A stretch of DNA of 64,000 bases, taken from NCBI RefSeq assembly GCF_009914755.1, contig NC_060939.1; one strand, 5' to 3'. The stretch comes from the human T2T-CHM13v2.0 reference genome, Homo sapiens. The notes beneath the pieces are model-generated. The model ran no database searches, was not told where the DNA came from, and saw nothing but the letters and a program-made list of their open reading frames with translations. Shown piece by piece: positions 1-20,094 of the stretch; position 1 is the stretch's first letter, and each line of letters begins with the position of its first letter. The translations under genes and the position numbers were made by a program.

Positions 1-708
1 GGACTACAAAGGTAGTACTGCCATATACCAACTAAGAAGAGATAGCTCCAAGACTAATTTGTTGACTAACATCCATATTTTCAAAGCAGTTTGAAAAGAG
101 CTAATTTGTTTAACAAATTAATATCCGTTTGTTAGCAGTCAGTAATTAGGAAAAACAGAAATCGAAAGAGAGAAGCCTTGTCTTCCTATGGGCTGGCTGG
201 CACTTACATTTGGAAAAATTGTCCAGGAAAACCAAGAACTCTACTACCTTAGCCTCTTCTTTTCTATACACGCTTTTCTAGCTTTGGTCTAGACGCTAGC
301 TCCATGGAACACTATAGCACACCAAGAAATTTGAAGGGACTAATGAGGGACGAACCCAAAGTCAAGCTTGTGTAAGACTGTTTGAACTGGATAGGCCCCA
401 AATGCAATAGAATCTCAGAGCTATGTCACTCATCAAGGAGCTGGATCAGGTATGGAGTTGGGTGTATTTGGGGACCCATACAAAGGTATTATTTATTTCT
501 AGGATCCAGAAGACCTTCTTGGAGGTCACTGAAACTCTGAGCATCACTTTTCTCCCTTCAAATGTTTATTGAACACCTACTTTGTGTCAGGCACTGAGAT
601 AGGAGTTCTACGTAGACCGTCTGTAATCTATGACTGACTTGTTCATCTTTTTGTTCTCAGGACCTAGTACAGGACCTGGCACATAGTAGGTGGCTCAATA
701 ATAGAAGT

Positions 709-737
709 CATTATCATCATCATCATCATCATCATCA
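709..737. repeat. (CAT)n microsatellite
   Basis: About 8 tandem CAT units. Confidence 0.9.
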
Positions 738-2180
738 CTTTTGTTACTGGTATATAGGTTCATTGGTGACATAGAGATGAACATTTTCAGAGGTGTGTTC
801 CTGTAAGATTGGTGGAACCCATAAGTCCTGGTCCTGGAAGCTGTCAGCCACCAAAGTGATGGTTTGCAGGGGAGTGGGACAGAATGACTGCTTCAACAGG
901 GCTTCCTCTCACACAATTCACCACGCACATGATAAGTTCCCATGAGGCTAGAAGGGGTTAACCCATTAGTGGTTAGAAAAATCATTTTTGTATTCCTCAT
1001 CAGAAATCTACAGGGTGAACTTTTCAAAGAGGCTTGCATATTCCACACGAATTGCTTCTAAGTCAAACTACAAAAAGAGACTTAATGAGATTGTTTTAAC
1101 CATGACATCTTTGAGCGCCTCTGTGCAAGGCAATACTTTAGGCGACTCATATTCATCAACACGCTTAAAGCTCATCTAGTCCTCTCGTGGCATTATTGAC
1201 TTCATGTCCCATTTTAGACATGAAGAAACTAAGTCTCAGACAACCAGGAGGACAGGGAGCCTAGGGTGACACCTGCCAAGCCTTACAAGAAGTCCTCCTT
1301 CAAGAAAAGCAGAGAGCTAGGAAAAGTCTAGAGAAGGGCATTGGAGTGAGGGAGGAGACAGGGAGTTTGCTGGCCTAAATCTTAGGACCTTCAGTCTGGG
1401 AAGATGGAGAACAAAAGGCAGAACTATCAAAGGCTGTGAAATCACAATGAATAGGGAGATCATAAACATGATTTTGTTCACAAAAAGATATGTTAGACAT
1501 GAGAAATGTGAGAAGTGAAGAGTGCTAAAGGACTGCATGCAATTACCTACGAGAATAAAAAGAAAAAGATGAAGCCCAAAGTCAAGATATAGAGATAGGC
1601 CAAGAAGAAGGCATTCCTACGAGACATGTTTTTATTGATTCCCTACTAAGTTTCTAGCTTCATGCTAAGATCTTTCTCATATATGATCTCATTTGATCTT
1701 GTAACAGCCCCTCGGAGAGGGTATTAAGTTTCACATAACTGCTCTAATGCTTGGCAATTTAAATTCAGTGCTTGTGACTGTGTTCTATGTTTTGAGTAGC
1801 CAGACTGTTTTCAAGTTTTCATGATGTCTTCAAATTCATAGTCACAGTTGCTCAGTCGTTGTGTTTACCTGTTTCTCTTTTCCCATTTCACTCTGTTGTT
1901 AAATTGGGAGTAACTCTGCCATTTGAACAAGTGTGCTCACTCAGACTCTTTCTTCTCCTTTCTAATGAACCCTCCATTAGTCTCCTCATCTTGCAGAAAT
2001 CTAGGATTTCCCTCACAAAAAAAGCTCAAACCATTAAACAAAGAAGGTCATTTCCATGGGCCCAACAACAAAGCACAATATGGATGAAACAAAAAGGGGA
2101 ACTTGAAAGCTAGAATAATAAGCTGCAGGTATTAAATAAGATGTAAATTAGCCATGATAAACATAAATGTCTTTACTTTG

Positions 2181-4462
2181 TGTATTACTCCATGTTCACA
2201 CTGCTGATAAAGACATACTCGAGACTGGGAAGAAAAAGAGGTTTAATTGGATTTACAGTTCCACACAGCTGGGGAGACCTCAGGATCATGGCGGGAGGCA
2301 AAAGGCACTTCTTATATGGTGGCAGCAAGAGAAAATGAGAGTGAAACAAAAGCGGAAACCTCTGATAAACCCATCAGATCTCATGAGACTTATTCACTAT
2401 CACAAGAATAGCACTGGAAAGACTGGCCCCCATATTCAATTACCTCCCCCTAGGTCCTTCCCACAACACATGGGAATTCTGGGAGATACAATTCAGTTGA
2501 GATTTGAATGAGGACACAGCCAAACCATATCATTTGCTCCTGGCCCCTCCAAATCTCATGTCTTCACATTTCAAAACCAATCATGCCTTCCCAACGGTCC
2601 CCCAAAGTCTTAACTCATTTCAGAATTAAGCCAAGTGTTCACAGTCCAAAGTCTCATCTGAGACAAGGCAAGTCCCTTCTGCCTATGAGCCTGTAAAATC
2701 AAAAACAAGCCAGTTACTTCCTAGATACAATAGGGGTACAGGTATTGGGTAAATGTAGCCATTCAAAATGGGAGAAATTGCCCAAAACAAAGGGGTTATC
2801 AGGCCTACACAAGTCTGAAATCCAGCGGGGCAATCAAATTTCAAAGCTCCAAAATGATCTCCTTTGACTCCAAGTCTCATATCCAGGTCATGCTGATGCA
2901 AGAGGTGGGTTCCCATGGTCTTAGGCAGCTCTGCCCCTGTGTCTTTGCAGGGTATAGCCTCCCTCCCAGCTGCTTTCATGGGCTGGTGTCGAGTGTCTGC
3001 GGCTTTTCCAAGTGCACAGTGCAAGCTGTTGATGGATCTACCATTCTGGGGTCTGGAGGATGGTGGCCCTCTTCTCACAGCTCCACTAGGCAGTGCCCCA
3101 GCAGGGGCACTGTGCGGGGGCTCCAACCCCACATTTCCCTTCCACACTGCCCTAGCAGAGGTTCTCCATGAGGGCCCCAACCTTGCAGCAAACTTTTGCC
3201 TGGGCATCCAGGCATTTCCATACATCTTCTGGAATCTAGCAGAGGTTCCCAAACCTCAGTTCTTGACTTCTGTGCACCCACAGGCTCAACACCACATGGA
3301 AGAAGCTGCCAAGGCTTGGGGCTTCCACCCTCTAAAGCCACAGCCAGAGCTATACATTAGCCCCTTTCAGCCAAGGCTGGAGCAGCTGGGACACAGGGCA
3401 CCAAGTCCCTAGGCTTCACACAGCATGGGGACCCTGAACCCAGCCCACAGAACCACTTTTTCCTCCTGGGCCTCTGGGCCTGTGATGGGAGGGTCTGCAG
3501 TGAAGGTCTCTGACAGGAACTGGAGACATTTTCCCCATGGTCTTGGGGATTAACATTAGTAGTTCCTTGCTACTTATGTAATTTTCTGCAGCTGCCTTGA
3601 ATTTCTCCTTTAAAAATGGGTTTTTCTTTTCTACTGCATCATCAAGTTCCAATTTTCTGAACTTATTATGCTCTGTTTCCCTTTTAAAATTGGAATGCTT
3701 TTAACAGTACCCAAGTCAGCTCTTGAATGCTATGCTGCTTAGAAATTTCTTCCACTAGATACCCTAAATTATCTCTCTCAAGTTCAAAGTACCACAAATC
3801 TCTAAGGCAGGGGCAAAACGCCACCAGCCTCTGCTAAAACATAAGAAGAGTCACCTTTGCTCCAGTTCCCAACAAGTTCCTCATCTCCACCTGAGACCAC
3901 CTCAGCCTGGACCCTATTGTTCATATCACTATCAGCATTCTTGTCAAAGCCATTGAACAAATCTCTAGGAGGTTCCAAACTTTCCCAAATTTTCCTGTCT
4001 TCTTCTGAGCCCTCCAAACTGGTCCAACCTCTGCCTGTTACCAGTTCCAAAGTCCCTCTACATTTTCGGGTATCTTTTCAGCAACATCCCACTCCTGGCA
4101 CCAATGTACTGTATTAGTCCGGTTTCACACTGCTGATAAAGACATACCCGAGACAGGGAAGAAAAAGAGGTTTAATTGGACTTACAGTTCCACATGGCTT
4201 GGGAGGACTCAGATCCATGGCGGGAGGTGAAAGGCACTTCTTACATGGCAGTGGCAAGAGAAAATGAGAGCAAAGGAAAAGCGGAAACCCCTGATAAACC
4301 CATCGGATCTCGTGAGACTTATTCACTATCATGAGAATAGCACTGGAAAGACTGGCCCGCATGATTCGACTACCTCCCTCTAGGCCCCTCCCACAACACG
4401 TGGGAATTCTGGGAGATACAATTCAGTTGAGATTTGAATGGCAACACAGCCAAACAATATCG
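2181..4462 (-). mobile_element. Full-length THE1A MaLR element (LTR 2181-2512, internal 2513-4109, LTR 4110-4462)
   Basis: Two direct LTRs, THE1 internal sequence, 5-bp TSD CTTTG at 2176-2180 and 4463-4467. Confidence 0.9.
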
Positions 4463-4518
4463 CTTTGGTAGAAAAAAATTATAGAAGTATACGTTTATCC
4501 TATTAAAAAAGAAACAGA

Positions 4519-5134
<616 letters not shown>

Positions 5135-5519
5135 TCAACAAGAAACCCAGTATTACTCACCAGTAAAATGTAGATAATGTGACTTAGATCTCAATAACAG
5201 CTACTATGCTCTACACACATCAGAACCCACTCCACACTCACTGTTGCTTGGATCCTACTTTCACTTCTAGGACCTGTGGCTAGAAGAACAAGCTATAACT
5301 TGTTTGAAGCAAGTGACCACAATAGCGAAGAGACTCAAGCCCTGTCATGTGAGGAATGATTCAAGTTAATGAGAATATTTAGCTTAAAACATTGGGAGAG
5401 CTATTGGAGGTCAAGGAGAGACAACAGTAGTGTGCAATTATGCAAAAGGCTTCCATGCGGAAGACACCTTCAATGACAGACCGAATTCTCATCTTTACGG
5501 AATAATTTACTTATTTACT

Positions 5520-5810
5520 TTATTTTTTTTTTCAGACAGGGTCTTACTCTGTTGTCCAGGCCAAGTGCAGTCGTGTGATCATGGCTCACTACAGCCTCAA
5601 CCTCCCTGGCTCAAGTGATCCTCCCACCTCAGCCTCCCAAGTAGCTGGGCTACAGGTGAGTACCACCACACCAAGCTGATTTTTTATTTTTAGTAGAGAT
5701 GAGGCCTTGCTATGTTGCCCAGGCTGGTCTCAAACTCCCAGACGCCAGGAATCCTCCCATTGCAGCCTCCCAAAGTGCTAGGATTGCAGGTGTGAGCCAT
5801 CAAACCCAGT
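5520..5810 (-). mobile_element. Alu (J-like)
   Basis: Poly-T start, diverged Alu body. Confidence 0.88.
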
Positions 5811-6673
5811 CAATTTCTTTCTTGGTCCCTTATAATGGAAAAAGTGATGAGCCCTTGAGGCCATGTGCATTCTCCCAGTTTTGTGGAAGAACTTCAGGTG
5901 AGGTGCTGACTGACTTCTCTGGATTCTCTCAAAACTTGATACCTCACAAATTCTAGAACTCAGCAAAAGGGAAGCCTCCAGATCCCCATGGGTTCTAACT
6001 TCTTCAAGCTGCTATTTCTCTCATCATTGTAACTACTAAAATTTGTGTATGTCAAAAAGGCCTCCATTAATTTGCTAGTAAACAGCCTCATGTACTCCAA
6101 AAGGGCTTAGTCCAAAAAATCCTACCAGCAGCAAGAAGAGCTTTGGGAAAATGAATAAACTGAAACTCTTAAAAATAGTAGTCAAATATTTTGAATATTT
6201 ATGGCAAGATCTGTGATCACATCAAGCTTTCATAAACCACCTCCGATGCCTATCTTTGTGCTTCTTCCTGCTTTTTGTGTGCTCTTTGGTTCAAGGTAGC
6301 AATTGGATATATTCTCAAAGATGTATTTTCTATAGGAAAGGAGGAAGAAGGAAAGGAGAAGGAAATAGGGAATGGGAAGGCAGGAGAGGATGAGGAACTA
6401 AGTGGAATATGGAGGGGAAGGAGGGAGAAAAGAGAAGAAAGATACAATCACAGACAGATACAACAAGCATGGGGTTGCACTTCCTTAAACACAATAAGGG
6501 GCTAATGGAATGATTACAGTTGAGCAGCTGGAATGTGGGAGTCAGTTCTACATGAAGCAGCTCAGACGGCAAGCGAAGGGCAAATGTCAACCATCACCAA
6601 ACACTGCTTCCTAATTCTTTCCTCGAAAAAATACAAAGAGAGTAAGGGAAATTAACATCAAAAGTTAACATCA

Positions 6674-7024
<351 letters not shown>

Positions 7025-9490
7025 TCAGCATGTCAGGTACCATTTGTGCACAAGGAAATGAGCTGGCCTGGCCTGTAGATTTGTCCTAGGAAGGCCGGAT
7101 TCCCATCTGCTAAATGATGTTTCCAGAAGAAACCCTGGCTCTTGAGCAGCAGCAAAGGGTACATGGAAATTCAGTACAAGCACCGATCCTCTCAAAGCAG
7201 TTTTTCTAAGTTCCCTTGCATAAAGCAGGTTTTTTTCTCCGCTTAAACAACAACAATTTGTTTTACTTTGATAGGTCCTTCTGAATAATGGTTTCATCAT
7301 TAAACATCTGGCTTCTTCTTAGCAGATTAGGCCTCCAATGAGGAAAGTGTGTTTATAATTCTAATTTGAAACACAGCACATTAATACGCTGATTCTCATA
7401 ATGTTTGCCTTAACCTGTTTGGAGAAATTATGACTACAAATATCTTGTATACAACACCTGTAACTACCAGCTTGTACAAACAACATAAGAGCAGGAGCCG
7501 CCTCATCCAGACGATTGGAACCACTTCAGAGGCGATCATGATTAGTGCTTTGGCTGGAAGCCATATTTTACACATAAACTCAGCATCTGCCTCCGATATG
7601 CTGTCCCAGGCTAACAGACCCACCTTCCCTGTTACTAATAAGCACATTCACGAGCGCCAGATGGTCTGACGGGAAGAGCTCTGCCTTTTCCTGAGCTAGG
7701 CACACTGGAGGGAGGCAGCCTGAGCCGGCTCCAAGTCATATTTCCTCGGGCTCTAGGTTCCTGCAATGCTGCGTGCAAACAGGCGCCACTAAAAAAGAAT
7801 GTAAATGAGGGTGCTATTCATTATTTACGGCTGGCACCTTGCCATCCCCTCCTCCTCTGGGCGACGCCTGCCTGTAGGAACAGGAAAAGCATCTGATGAG
7901 AGCAGGGCCATCGTGGAGGAGTCAAGCCATTGCGAACCAGTTTCTTACATTTCGCTGAGGATCCTGCAGGCTCAGCATTTCTGGCCCACGGGAGAGCTGA
8001 GCTTTTCACTTTCTTCCTAACAAAGCACTAGAGTTCCTTGGCCTCATGTCTGTACCAAGGGTGTTCATTTACAGTCTAACCTGAAAAAGCTGGCTAGCTG
8101 CTCTAATCCCATTCATTGCTGAGGTCGTTGGCCCCATGCCTGGGTTTGAGCCCAGGCAAAGAAGAAAGAAAAAGAGGGGTTGGGGGGAATGATGGTCTAC
8201 ACAGAGGAGACTTACAAGAAAGTTCTAGACTAAACCGGCCAGAAGTTGCACCCAAAGAATAGCTCACTTCTTTGGGTGAGTGCCTACAGATCTTATGCTA
8301 TATAATGAAATGTTTCACAAGTTTATATCATCTCTCCCTAACTGATCTTAAGCTACAGGAGGGCATAAACTATACATTATACTTATTCTGAATTTCTTCA
8401 AGTGCCAATCTAACACAGTGTCCAGAAGATCATCACTAAACCCTAAACGTGGTTTTTAACTCTTTAAGTATAATTTTTTATTGACTCTAAAATGCATAAC
8501 TTGGCATTTTGAATTGAATCAAAGTTAGCTGAGCACAAACAGCAAAAACTGACCATTCTTACTTCTGGGGTTGACACAGTGTAGCTCCATATCCAGCATC
8601 AAACCATCAGGTTACTTTTCAGTCTCATCTGAGAGATATTTCAATACTGTAATCCCTATTGTTTAAAAAAACTTAAGATTTGATCATTAGACATTGTATT
8701 TATGTATCAAATAACACATGTACCCCATAGATATAATTATGTCTGTATGCCATCTTCTCGAATGTGGAAAACTTTTTCTTGCCTAATACAAAACATGATC
8801 GCTACTAGGATTGGTCTGAACCCTTTGATTGCAAGTGACAAAACTCCAACTCCAGCTTTGTCAGAAAAGGGGGGGATGGATTTGTTGGTTTCTGAATTCA
8901 AACTATGAAAAGGGCAGACATGAAGCGAGACTCAGGGTGAGCTGAGGCCATTCTCCCTGCAATCCTCTTTCTCTTCTTTGTATCTATCTAAATATTTGCT
9001 TCAACTTCTCTGAACAATTGACCTCACACAATGGAAATATGGCTACAGGTGGTCTAGGCTTTTATCTCTCTAGCCACATGGACAAGAGTTCAAAACAAAA
9101 CAAAACGAAACAAAACAAAAACCCTGCTCTTCTCCAGCAGTTTCAGTTGGAAAAAGAAGGGACCTAATTGGCCTTATGTGAGTCATGTGCCCATTCCTGG
9201 GCTAGTCATGTGACCAGGGGAGCCTAAATGATGATTGGCTCAGACTCAGTCATGTGTCCATCTCTGTGGCCCAGGAAAAAGAACCATGAAGCATCCATCA
9301 GTATTGGTTGAAATCTAAATAAAGCCATTTCCAAAAATAAGATGTGCTGTTACCAGGAGAAGGCAAGAAAGGGGCCTAGGTAAACTAAACATATATTCTC
9401 CACATTACTTTTGGGGGAAAAAAAAGCTATGCAAGGCCATAGGAATTTTTATTATTTCAGATATTCGCAGCAACAAACTAGTTTACTTCT

Positions 9491-10431
<941 letters not shown>

Positions 10432-10462
10432 CTAGTTTACTTCTACCAGCTCAGAAGAGTGA

Positions 10463-10791
<329 letters not shown>

Positions 10792-11099
10792 CTGAAATAT
10801 TTTTAATCTTTCCCCAAACAACTTTTCAGAAGTTGAGAAAGCTTGCTGTCCCAATTAATGATACCTCATTTCTATTGTATTTTCATTGTTGTGTTTGTTT
10901 TTACCTTAATTGAAATTATATATGCAAACAGTTTAAAAAGCCATATAGTTCTACAAGGGCTATTTATAATGGAAAACAGTTGTTCTCCCGCAACCTTCCC
11001 TCCACTCCAGTAAAGACTTTTAGCTATTTATTTTGGTATTTACCTCTTGTAGTGAATTCTTACAATTTTATGTTGCCTCAGCATACATTTTGCGTTCTA

Positions 11100-12170
<1,071 letters not shown>

Positions 12171-12789
12171 CAACACCTTCATATTTCTAATAGCAAGTAA
12201 AAATTTCTCTTTTGAGTTTTTATTTTTAGGCATTACCTATTGGTTTTCCCTACTGAAAATATGCATTTAGCTCTCTCGCTGCCCCTATTTCCCAACACAC
12301 ACACACAGACCATACATGGGCATACATGCCATGCCTCTATTCCCCCAACATTTTTATCGTAATTTTGATTTTATCATTATTCAATGTTTACATTATGATT
12401 ATATGAATGATATATTTGGCTTAGCAATGCAATATATCAGAATAATTTTTTATTTCTCCCGTTTTTGTTTTCTCTAGAGTTCATACTTATCTGGTTTTCT
12501 TGTTTTGCTTTTTTTCTGGTTTGCTTTGTTTTTTATGAACTCTTGCTACATCATCTTCAGACTCTTTCCTGATTTCCTAATTTTCCTTTCAATATACTCA
12601 GATATTGCCAGTTCTCTATTTTGGAATTATCTCTTTCTAAACTCTCTGACCTGCTCCAATCTTCTGGCTGCTCTCTTGGTCTATTACACAGATTCATCTA
12701 GAAGTCTCCCTTTACCATCATCCTGAAAATTGTGTTCACACCCCTATTATAATAAATTCCGTTTTTCTGACATGCTATATCTTCATAAC

Positions 12790-13243
12790 TGTGTTGGTCA
12801 GAGTTCTCTAGAGGAACAGAACTAATAGGATATATATGTACATCCTATAATATAGGGGAGTTTATTAAGTATTAACTCACATGATTGCAAGATCCCACAA
12901 TAGGCTATCGGTAAGCTGAGGAGCAAGGAAAGCCAGTCCGAGTCCCAGAACTGAAGAACTTGGAGTCTGATGTTGGAGGGCAGGAAGGGTCCAGCACAGG
13001 AGAAAGATATAGGCTGGGAGGCTAGGCCAGTCTACTCCTTTCACGTTTTTCTGCCTGCTTTGTATTCTAGCTGTGCTGGCAGCTGATTAGATGGTACCCA
13101 CTCAGATTAAGGGTAGGTCTGCCTTTCCCAGCCCACTGACTCAAATGTTAATCCCCTTTGGCAACACCCTCACAGACACACCCAGGATTAATACTTTGCA
13201 TCCTTCAATCCAATCAAGTTGACACTCAGTATTAACTAACACA
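12790..13243 (-). mobile_element. MLT2A-type (HERVL) solo LTR
   Basis: gttctctagaggaacagaactaataggata...gacactcagtattaac; TSD ataac/ataat. Confidence 0.85.
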
Positions 13244-13536
13244 ATAATCATTTATTTACTTCTTTGTTTTGAAAGAACATTTCTTTCAATTTTTTATGAG
13301 AAAGAGCTGTAGGAGAGGTAAAATATTTGAGGCCATTCATGTCTGAAAAAAGTTATTCAACCCTTACACTTACTTGATATTGCGGCTGGGTATCACATTC
13401 TAGGTTGGAGAGCACATACAATATCCAAAGTGACTCAGATTTCTGATTCTTTGAATACAACCTTCCCTTCAGCTCTCTGGAAGCTTCTAGGACCTCTCCT
13501 TTGTCCTTACTGTTCATAAATATTATCATCAGGTAA

Positions 13537-13941
13537 TGTATTAGTCTATTCTCACATTGCTATAAAGAAATACCTGAGACTGGGTAATTTATGAAGAAAA
13601 GAGGTTTAATTGGCTCATGGTTCCACAGGCTGTACAAGAAGTATGGCAACATCTGTTTCTGGGGAGGCCTCATGAAACTTATAGTCATGGCAGAAGGCGA
13701 AGGGGAAGCAGGCCCATCTTACATGGTGAGAGCAGGAGAAAGAGAAGGGGGAGGTACCACATACTTTTAAACAACCCAATCTCATGATAACTCCATCACA
13801 AGAACAGAACCAGGGTGATGGTGCTAAACCATGAGAAACTGCCCCCATGATTCAATTATCTCCCACTAGGTTCCACCTGCAACATTGGAGATTACATTTC
13901 CACGTGATATTTGGGTAAGGACACAGATCCAAACCGTATCA
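13537..13941 (-). mobile_element. MST-type MaLR solo LTR
   Basis: tgtattagt...aaaccgtatca termini; TSD ggtaa/ggtga. Confidence 0.85.
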
Positions 13942-14276
13942 GGTGAGTTGATATGGATCTATTTTCATCCATTTTGCTAGGCACTTGGTGGTTGTTTTCA
14001 TTCTGAAAACTCATGTCCTTCAAGTCTAAGAAATGTTCTTGAATTATTTATCTGATAATTTTCTCAATTCTCTATTTGAGGAATTTGTGTTATTCAGGTG
14101 TTAGACTTCTTAATCTGACCTAATTTTCTTATATTTTTATCCTAGTTTACATTTCTTTGCCATCTGATTCTATCTAGTTTCTAGAAGATTCCCTCAATCT
14201 TATTTTCCAAATTTTATATGGAGCTTCTGATTTGTGTCACTTTTTCCCAAGACCCTTCTAGTTTTTGTCCTTCTGA

Positions 14277-14580
<304 letters not shown>

Positions 14581-15183
14581 TTCTGATTATTTCTTTATTA
14601 TAGCATTCTATTCTTGCTTTGTGGATGCAAAATCATCTCTTATCTTACTTTAATTTTTTTCTTCTCTCTGAATTCTCTCTATTTTCTCAAATTTATTTTT
14701 TTGTTTCTTTTCTTAGGTGTTTGTATTTCCTTTCAGAGTGAAGATATCCTCAAATGTCTAGTGATCCTTAACTGTCTGTTCACCTTTAAGACTACAGCAC
14801 TAAAAATCTGATTGGAAGTTCTGATATATGAGTTGGGTTGCCAACTCTGGGTCTTACCCCAGGTAATCTGGCTGGATTGTTTCATAGGACAACTCCCAAT
14901 GTTAACACAGGGTCTTTTCTTTTGGACTAGTCAGATTTATCAGATACTAAATTCCTAATCTCATACCTGGAAGTAGAAACTGGCTGCCAGCATTTTGGAA
15001 GTCAATTGGGAGAAGAGCAGGTTCTCAAATTCAAGTAATGCCCCTCTTTTCAATATGATATCCCTATCCTCTTACCTTCATGGTGCCCCTTAGTTCAGAG
15101 AATAAACCGCACAACTCTGTTACACTGAGGGAGGGGTAATCATCCAGCCATTCCAAGTGGGGGAAGGAACAGAGGATGTAACT

Positions 15184-15401
15184 CTGTGCTCTCTGATACA
15201 GTAACCACTAGCCACTGTAGCTATGTACTTTACATAAATTTACATAAATTAAGTAAAATTTAAAATTCAGTTCCTCAGTTGCAGTAAGGAAATAGCCACG
15301 TTTCAAGTGCTCAATAACCACATGTGGCTGGTAGCTTTTGTATTGGACAGTGCAGAAATAGAGTGTCTTCATCATTGCCAAAAGTTCTGTTCAACAATGC
15401 A
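15184..15401 (-). mobile_element. MER3-type hAT-Charlie DNA transposon
   Basis: aaaattcagttcctcagt...caagtgctcaataaccacatgtggct...tattggacag. Confidence 0.75.
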
Positions 15402-16861
15402 GGTCGAATTGCTTCTCAAATAGTCTTTTCAACCAATGCTTATGTTTCAGTCCTACATTCACTGCCACTTCCAGAAATATCTGGTATCACCAATTCATGA
15501 GCCCACTGGAGGTTTTGAGGTGCAAGTCTGGATGATGTATTGGCTTTTCCTGCCAGAATAGAAACTCCACAAAAACAGTGATCTTGGTTTTGTTCATTGA
15601 TGAAATCCAAGGACTTAGAAGAGTGCCTGGCACATGGTAGGTACTCCATAAATGTTTGCGGAATGTTGAATGAATGGCTTATTTGAGAACCAAATGAAAT
15701 CTACAGCTTAAGGGATTCCATCCGTAAGGGGTCTGTAGTGAATAATTGTCATTCATGTCAGCTGCCCATATCTGAACCCTTTTACTATTCCTGGGGAGCT
15801 CCACGCCTGGGGAGTCAGAGCCTTCTCCACCATAGGAGGAGATACTCACTTTCTCAGCTTCCCTTGCAGTCAGGGTGCAGGAACAGGTCAAGCTTTATAC
15901 CTGACCTAGATCTGGAATTAGAAGCTAGTGACCCAAAGAACTAGGGATGGCCCAGGATCCATCTGGCTGAATCATCAGCATTGCTGTGTTTTCATTGATC
16001 AGTTCTGCAGCCAAACTGGAGGAACCATTTCTGGCTGCATAGATGGCTCCAAGCCCATTCTCTAATCATACCCAATATCCTTTTAACTGATTCCTTTTTT
16101 GGGTTTGAAGAAGCAAAGTTAGTTTCTGTGACTAGCAAATAAGAACTCAGATCGATAAGGAATTCAGACAACCCATGTTAGGAACCTCTGATTTGGACAC
16201 AGAATAGAATAAGAAACGTATAACCCAACATTTTAAACAAAGAAAACTAATTTTCTAAAATTTACCTAATGGTTTCTAGGAAATTTTGGCAAAAATTCTA
16301 TAAGATTATTTTAACAGAACTTTTCCTCAACATTGATCCTGGGAGTTAGTATAGACTCACAAGCTCATAGTGTAAAGGCTTTTTTTTTTTATGCCAGGAA
16401 ACCCTTAAAAGAGTTTGCATTGTAAGTTGGAGGTATTCTTGGCCATTTTCTTCATTTAGAAAAAATATGGACAAATTTCAGTGTCCCAAATAAGCAAAAT
16501 AAAATTGTGAATAGATATCATCAATGCTTATTAAATAAGAGAAGGAAACCATCACTGGAGGTTATTCACAGAACTTGGTTATGAGGGAAGCTTACTTTAT
16601 CTACATGTGGGTTTCAACTGCTCAACTTCTGAGTGAAGAGAAAGGCCTGAAAATAAACAGTAATTACTTTATCACTATAATAATGTTATTACCTTCAGTA
16701 AAAAATAAAATAAACTACTTTTATCAAAAATTTATTTTGACTAATTTCTGTTCTTGGGGTTCTGAATGTTCTATCTTCTCTCTTATAGTTAAAAAAACAA
16801 CTTGGAGAAAAGGGACATATCCATAGCCTGAAAATATCTCCCCTAAATATTTATTAATTGC

Positions 16862-17968
<1,107 letters not shown>

Positions 17969-19410
17969 TTAAATTCATGTCTTATCTAAACTTATAACCT
18001 GCATTTGAACAGGGCTTAGCAGTGCTAGGCTACACAGAAGGTCCATCTCTGTCTCTCTCCCACAGTAGCATTGTAAATTTGTGATCTTTCACAACCATTC
18101 TAGCAGCATTAGGCTCTCCTCTGTTAAAGACCTATATACTCCAAGCTCCAGAAGAAGATGACAAAGAACTCACATTCCAAGGCAGCTTAGCTCCACAAGA
18201 TCTAGCCCCTCAGCAATCTATAATTACAACTCAACGGCTCCTTTGGGATCAGAATATCAATTTCTAAAGGATAGTTGGGACCCATTTTGCTCAGCAGGTT
18301 CTACCTGCTTCAGCCATAATTCTAACCGGGTCTTCCAAGAATCCTTAAGTGGTATAAGACATTACCATTGTATCACTCCTGTCATTATTATTATTAAAAT
18401 ACATCTTCTGATGCCAAGCCTACAGGCCCATTCTACAGGCTACAGTTGGGGTGGAAAGAGTGCTTGCTTTGACTTTATTGCCCAGAACAATTTATAGACA
18501 AAGACTGTCACAACATGCTGTTTGTGGTTCTACCTTCATTCAATAAGTATCTATGGAGCAACTGTGCTTGGCCATTCATTGTCCTAGGTGCTAGCGATAC
18601 CAGGATAACAAAAAAGATACGACCCCTGGTACAACTACTTTAGGAAACATTTAGAAATGCCTCATAAAGGGGAATCTGCTGATACATTCTACCTGGGTGT
18701 CTCACTTCCAGCTTTATCTAGTCTATTGCCAATCTTGCATGTGTGGCAGAAGTTATGGGTAAGAATGTTCATAGGAGCGTTGTTTATAATTGCAAAACCT
18801 AGAAACAAGTCATCAACAATAGATTCAGTAAATAAAATATAATGTATTCACAAAATGGGATTTATACAACCATGAAAAAATGAACGAACCGTAGCAATAC
18901 ATATCAACAGAATAAATCTCATAAACATAATAATGAAAAAAAGCAAGTCAGAAATGAATATAAACAGAACAATTCCATTTATATAAAGTTCAGACCCAGA
19001 CCAAATTAAACAATTTATTGCCATGGGATATATACTTAGGTGGCATTTTTTAAAACTATAAGGAAAAGCAGGTTAATAATTAACATGAAATTCAGGATAA
19101 TAGTTATTACCTATAGGAGGTAGAGAGGCAGAAGAGATCAGAAAAGAACACAGGGAATATCTGGGGAATTAACAAAGTCCTATGTCTAAGACCTGGCTAA
19201 TGAACGCATATGTGCTTGATTTTGAGGTCATGGTTTTTTAAACTGCACATATACATTTAAACAATCTCTTGTATATGTCTATATTCATTAAGATATGTTT
19301 AACATAGGTTTAAAGTGTGCTAAAGTGAAAATCAAAATACAAATATTGCAATAATAATAATGGTATGTGGGAGCCTTTCCTCCAAGCACCTGTTAAAAAT
19401 AGGTGCAATA

Positions 19411-20094
<684 letters not shown>

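Noticed and set aside
2683-3412. 165-189 aa ORFs
   Set aside because: They lie inside the THE1A internal region, a degenerate MaLR sequence
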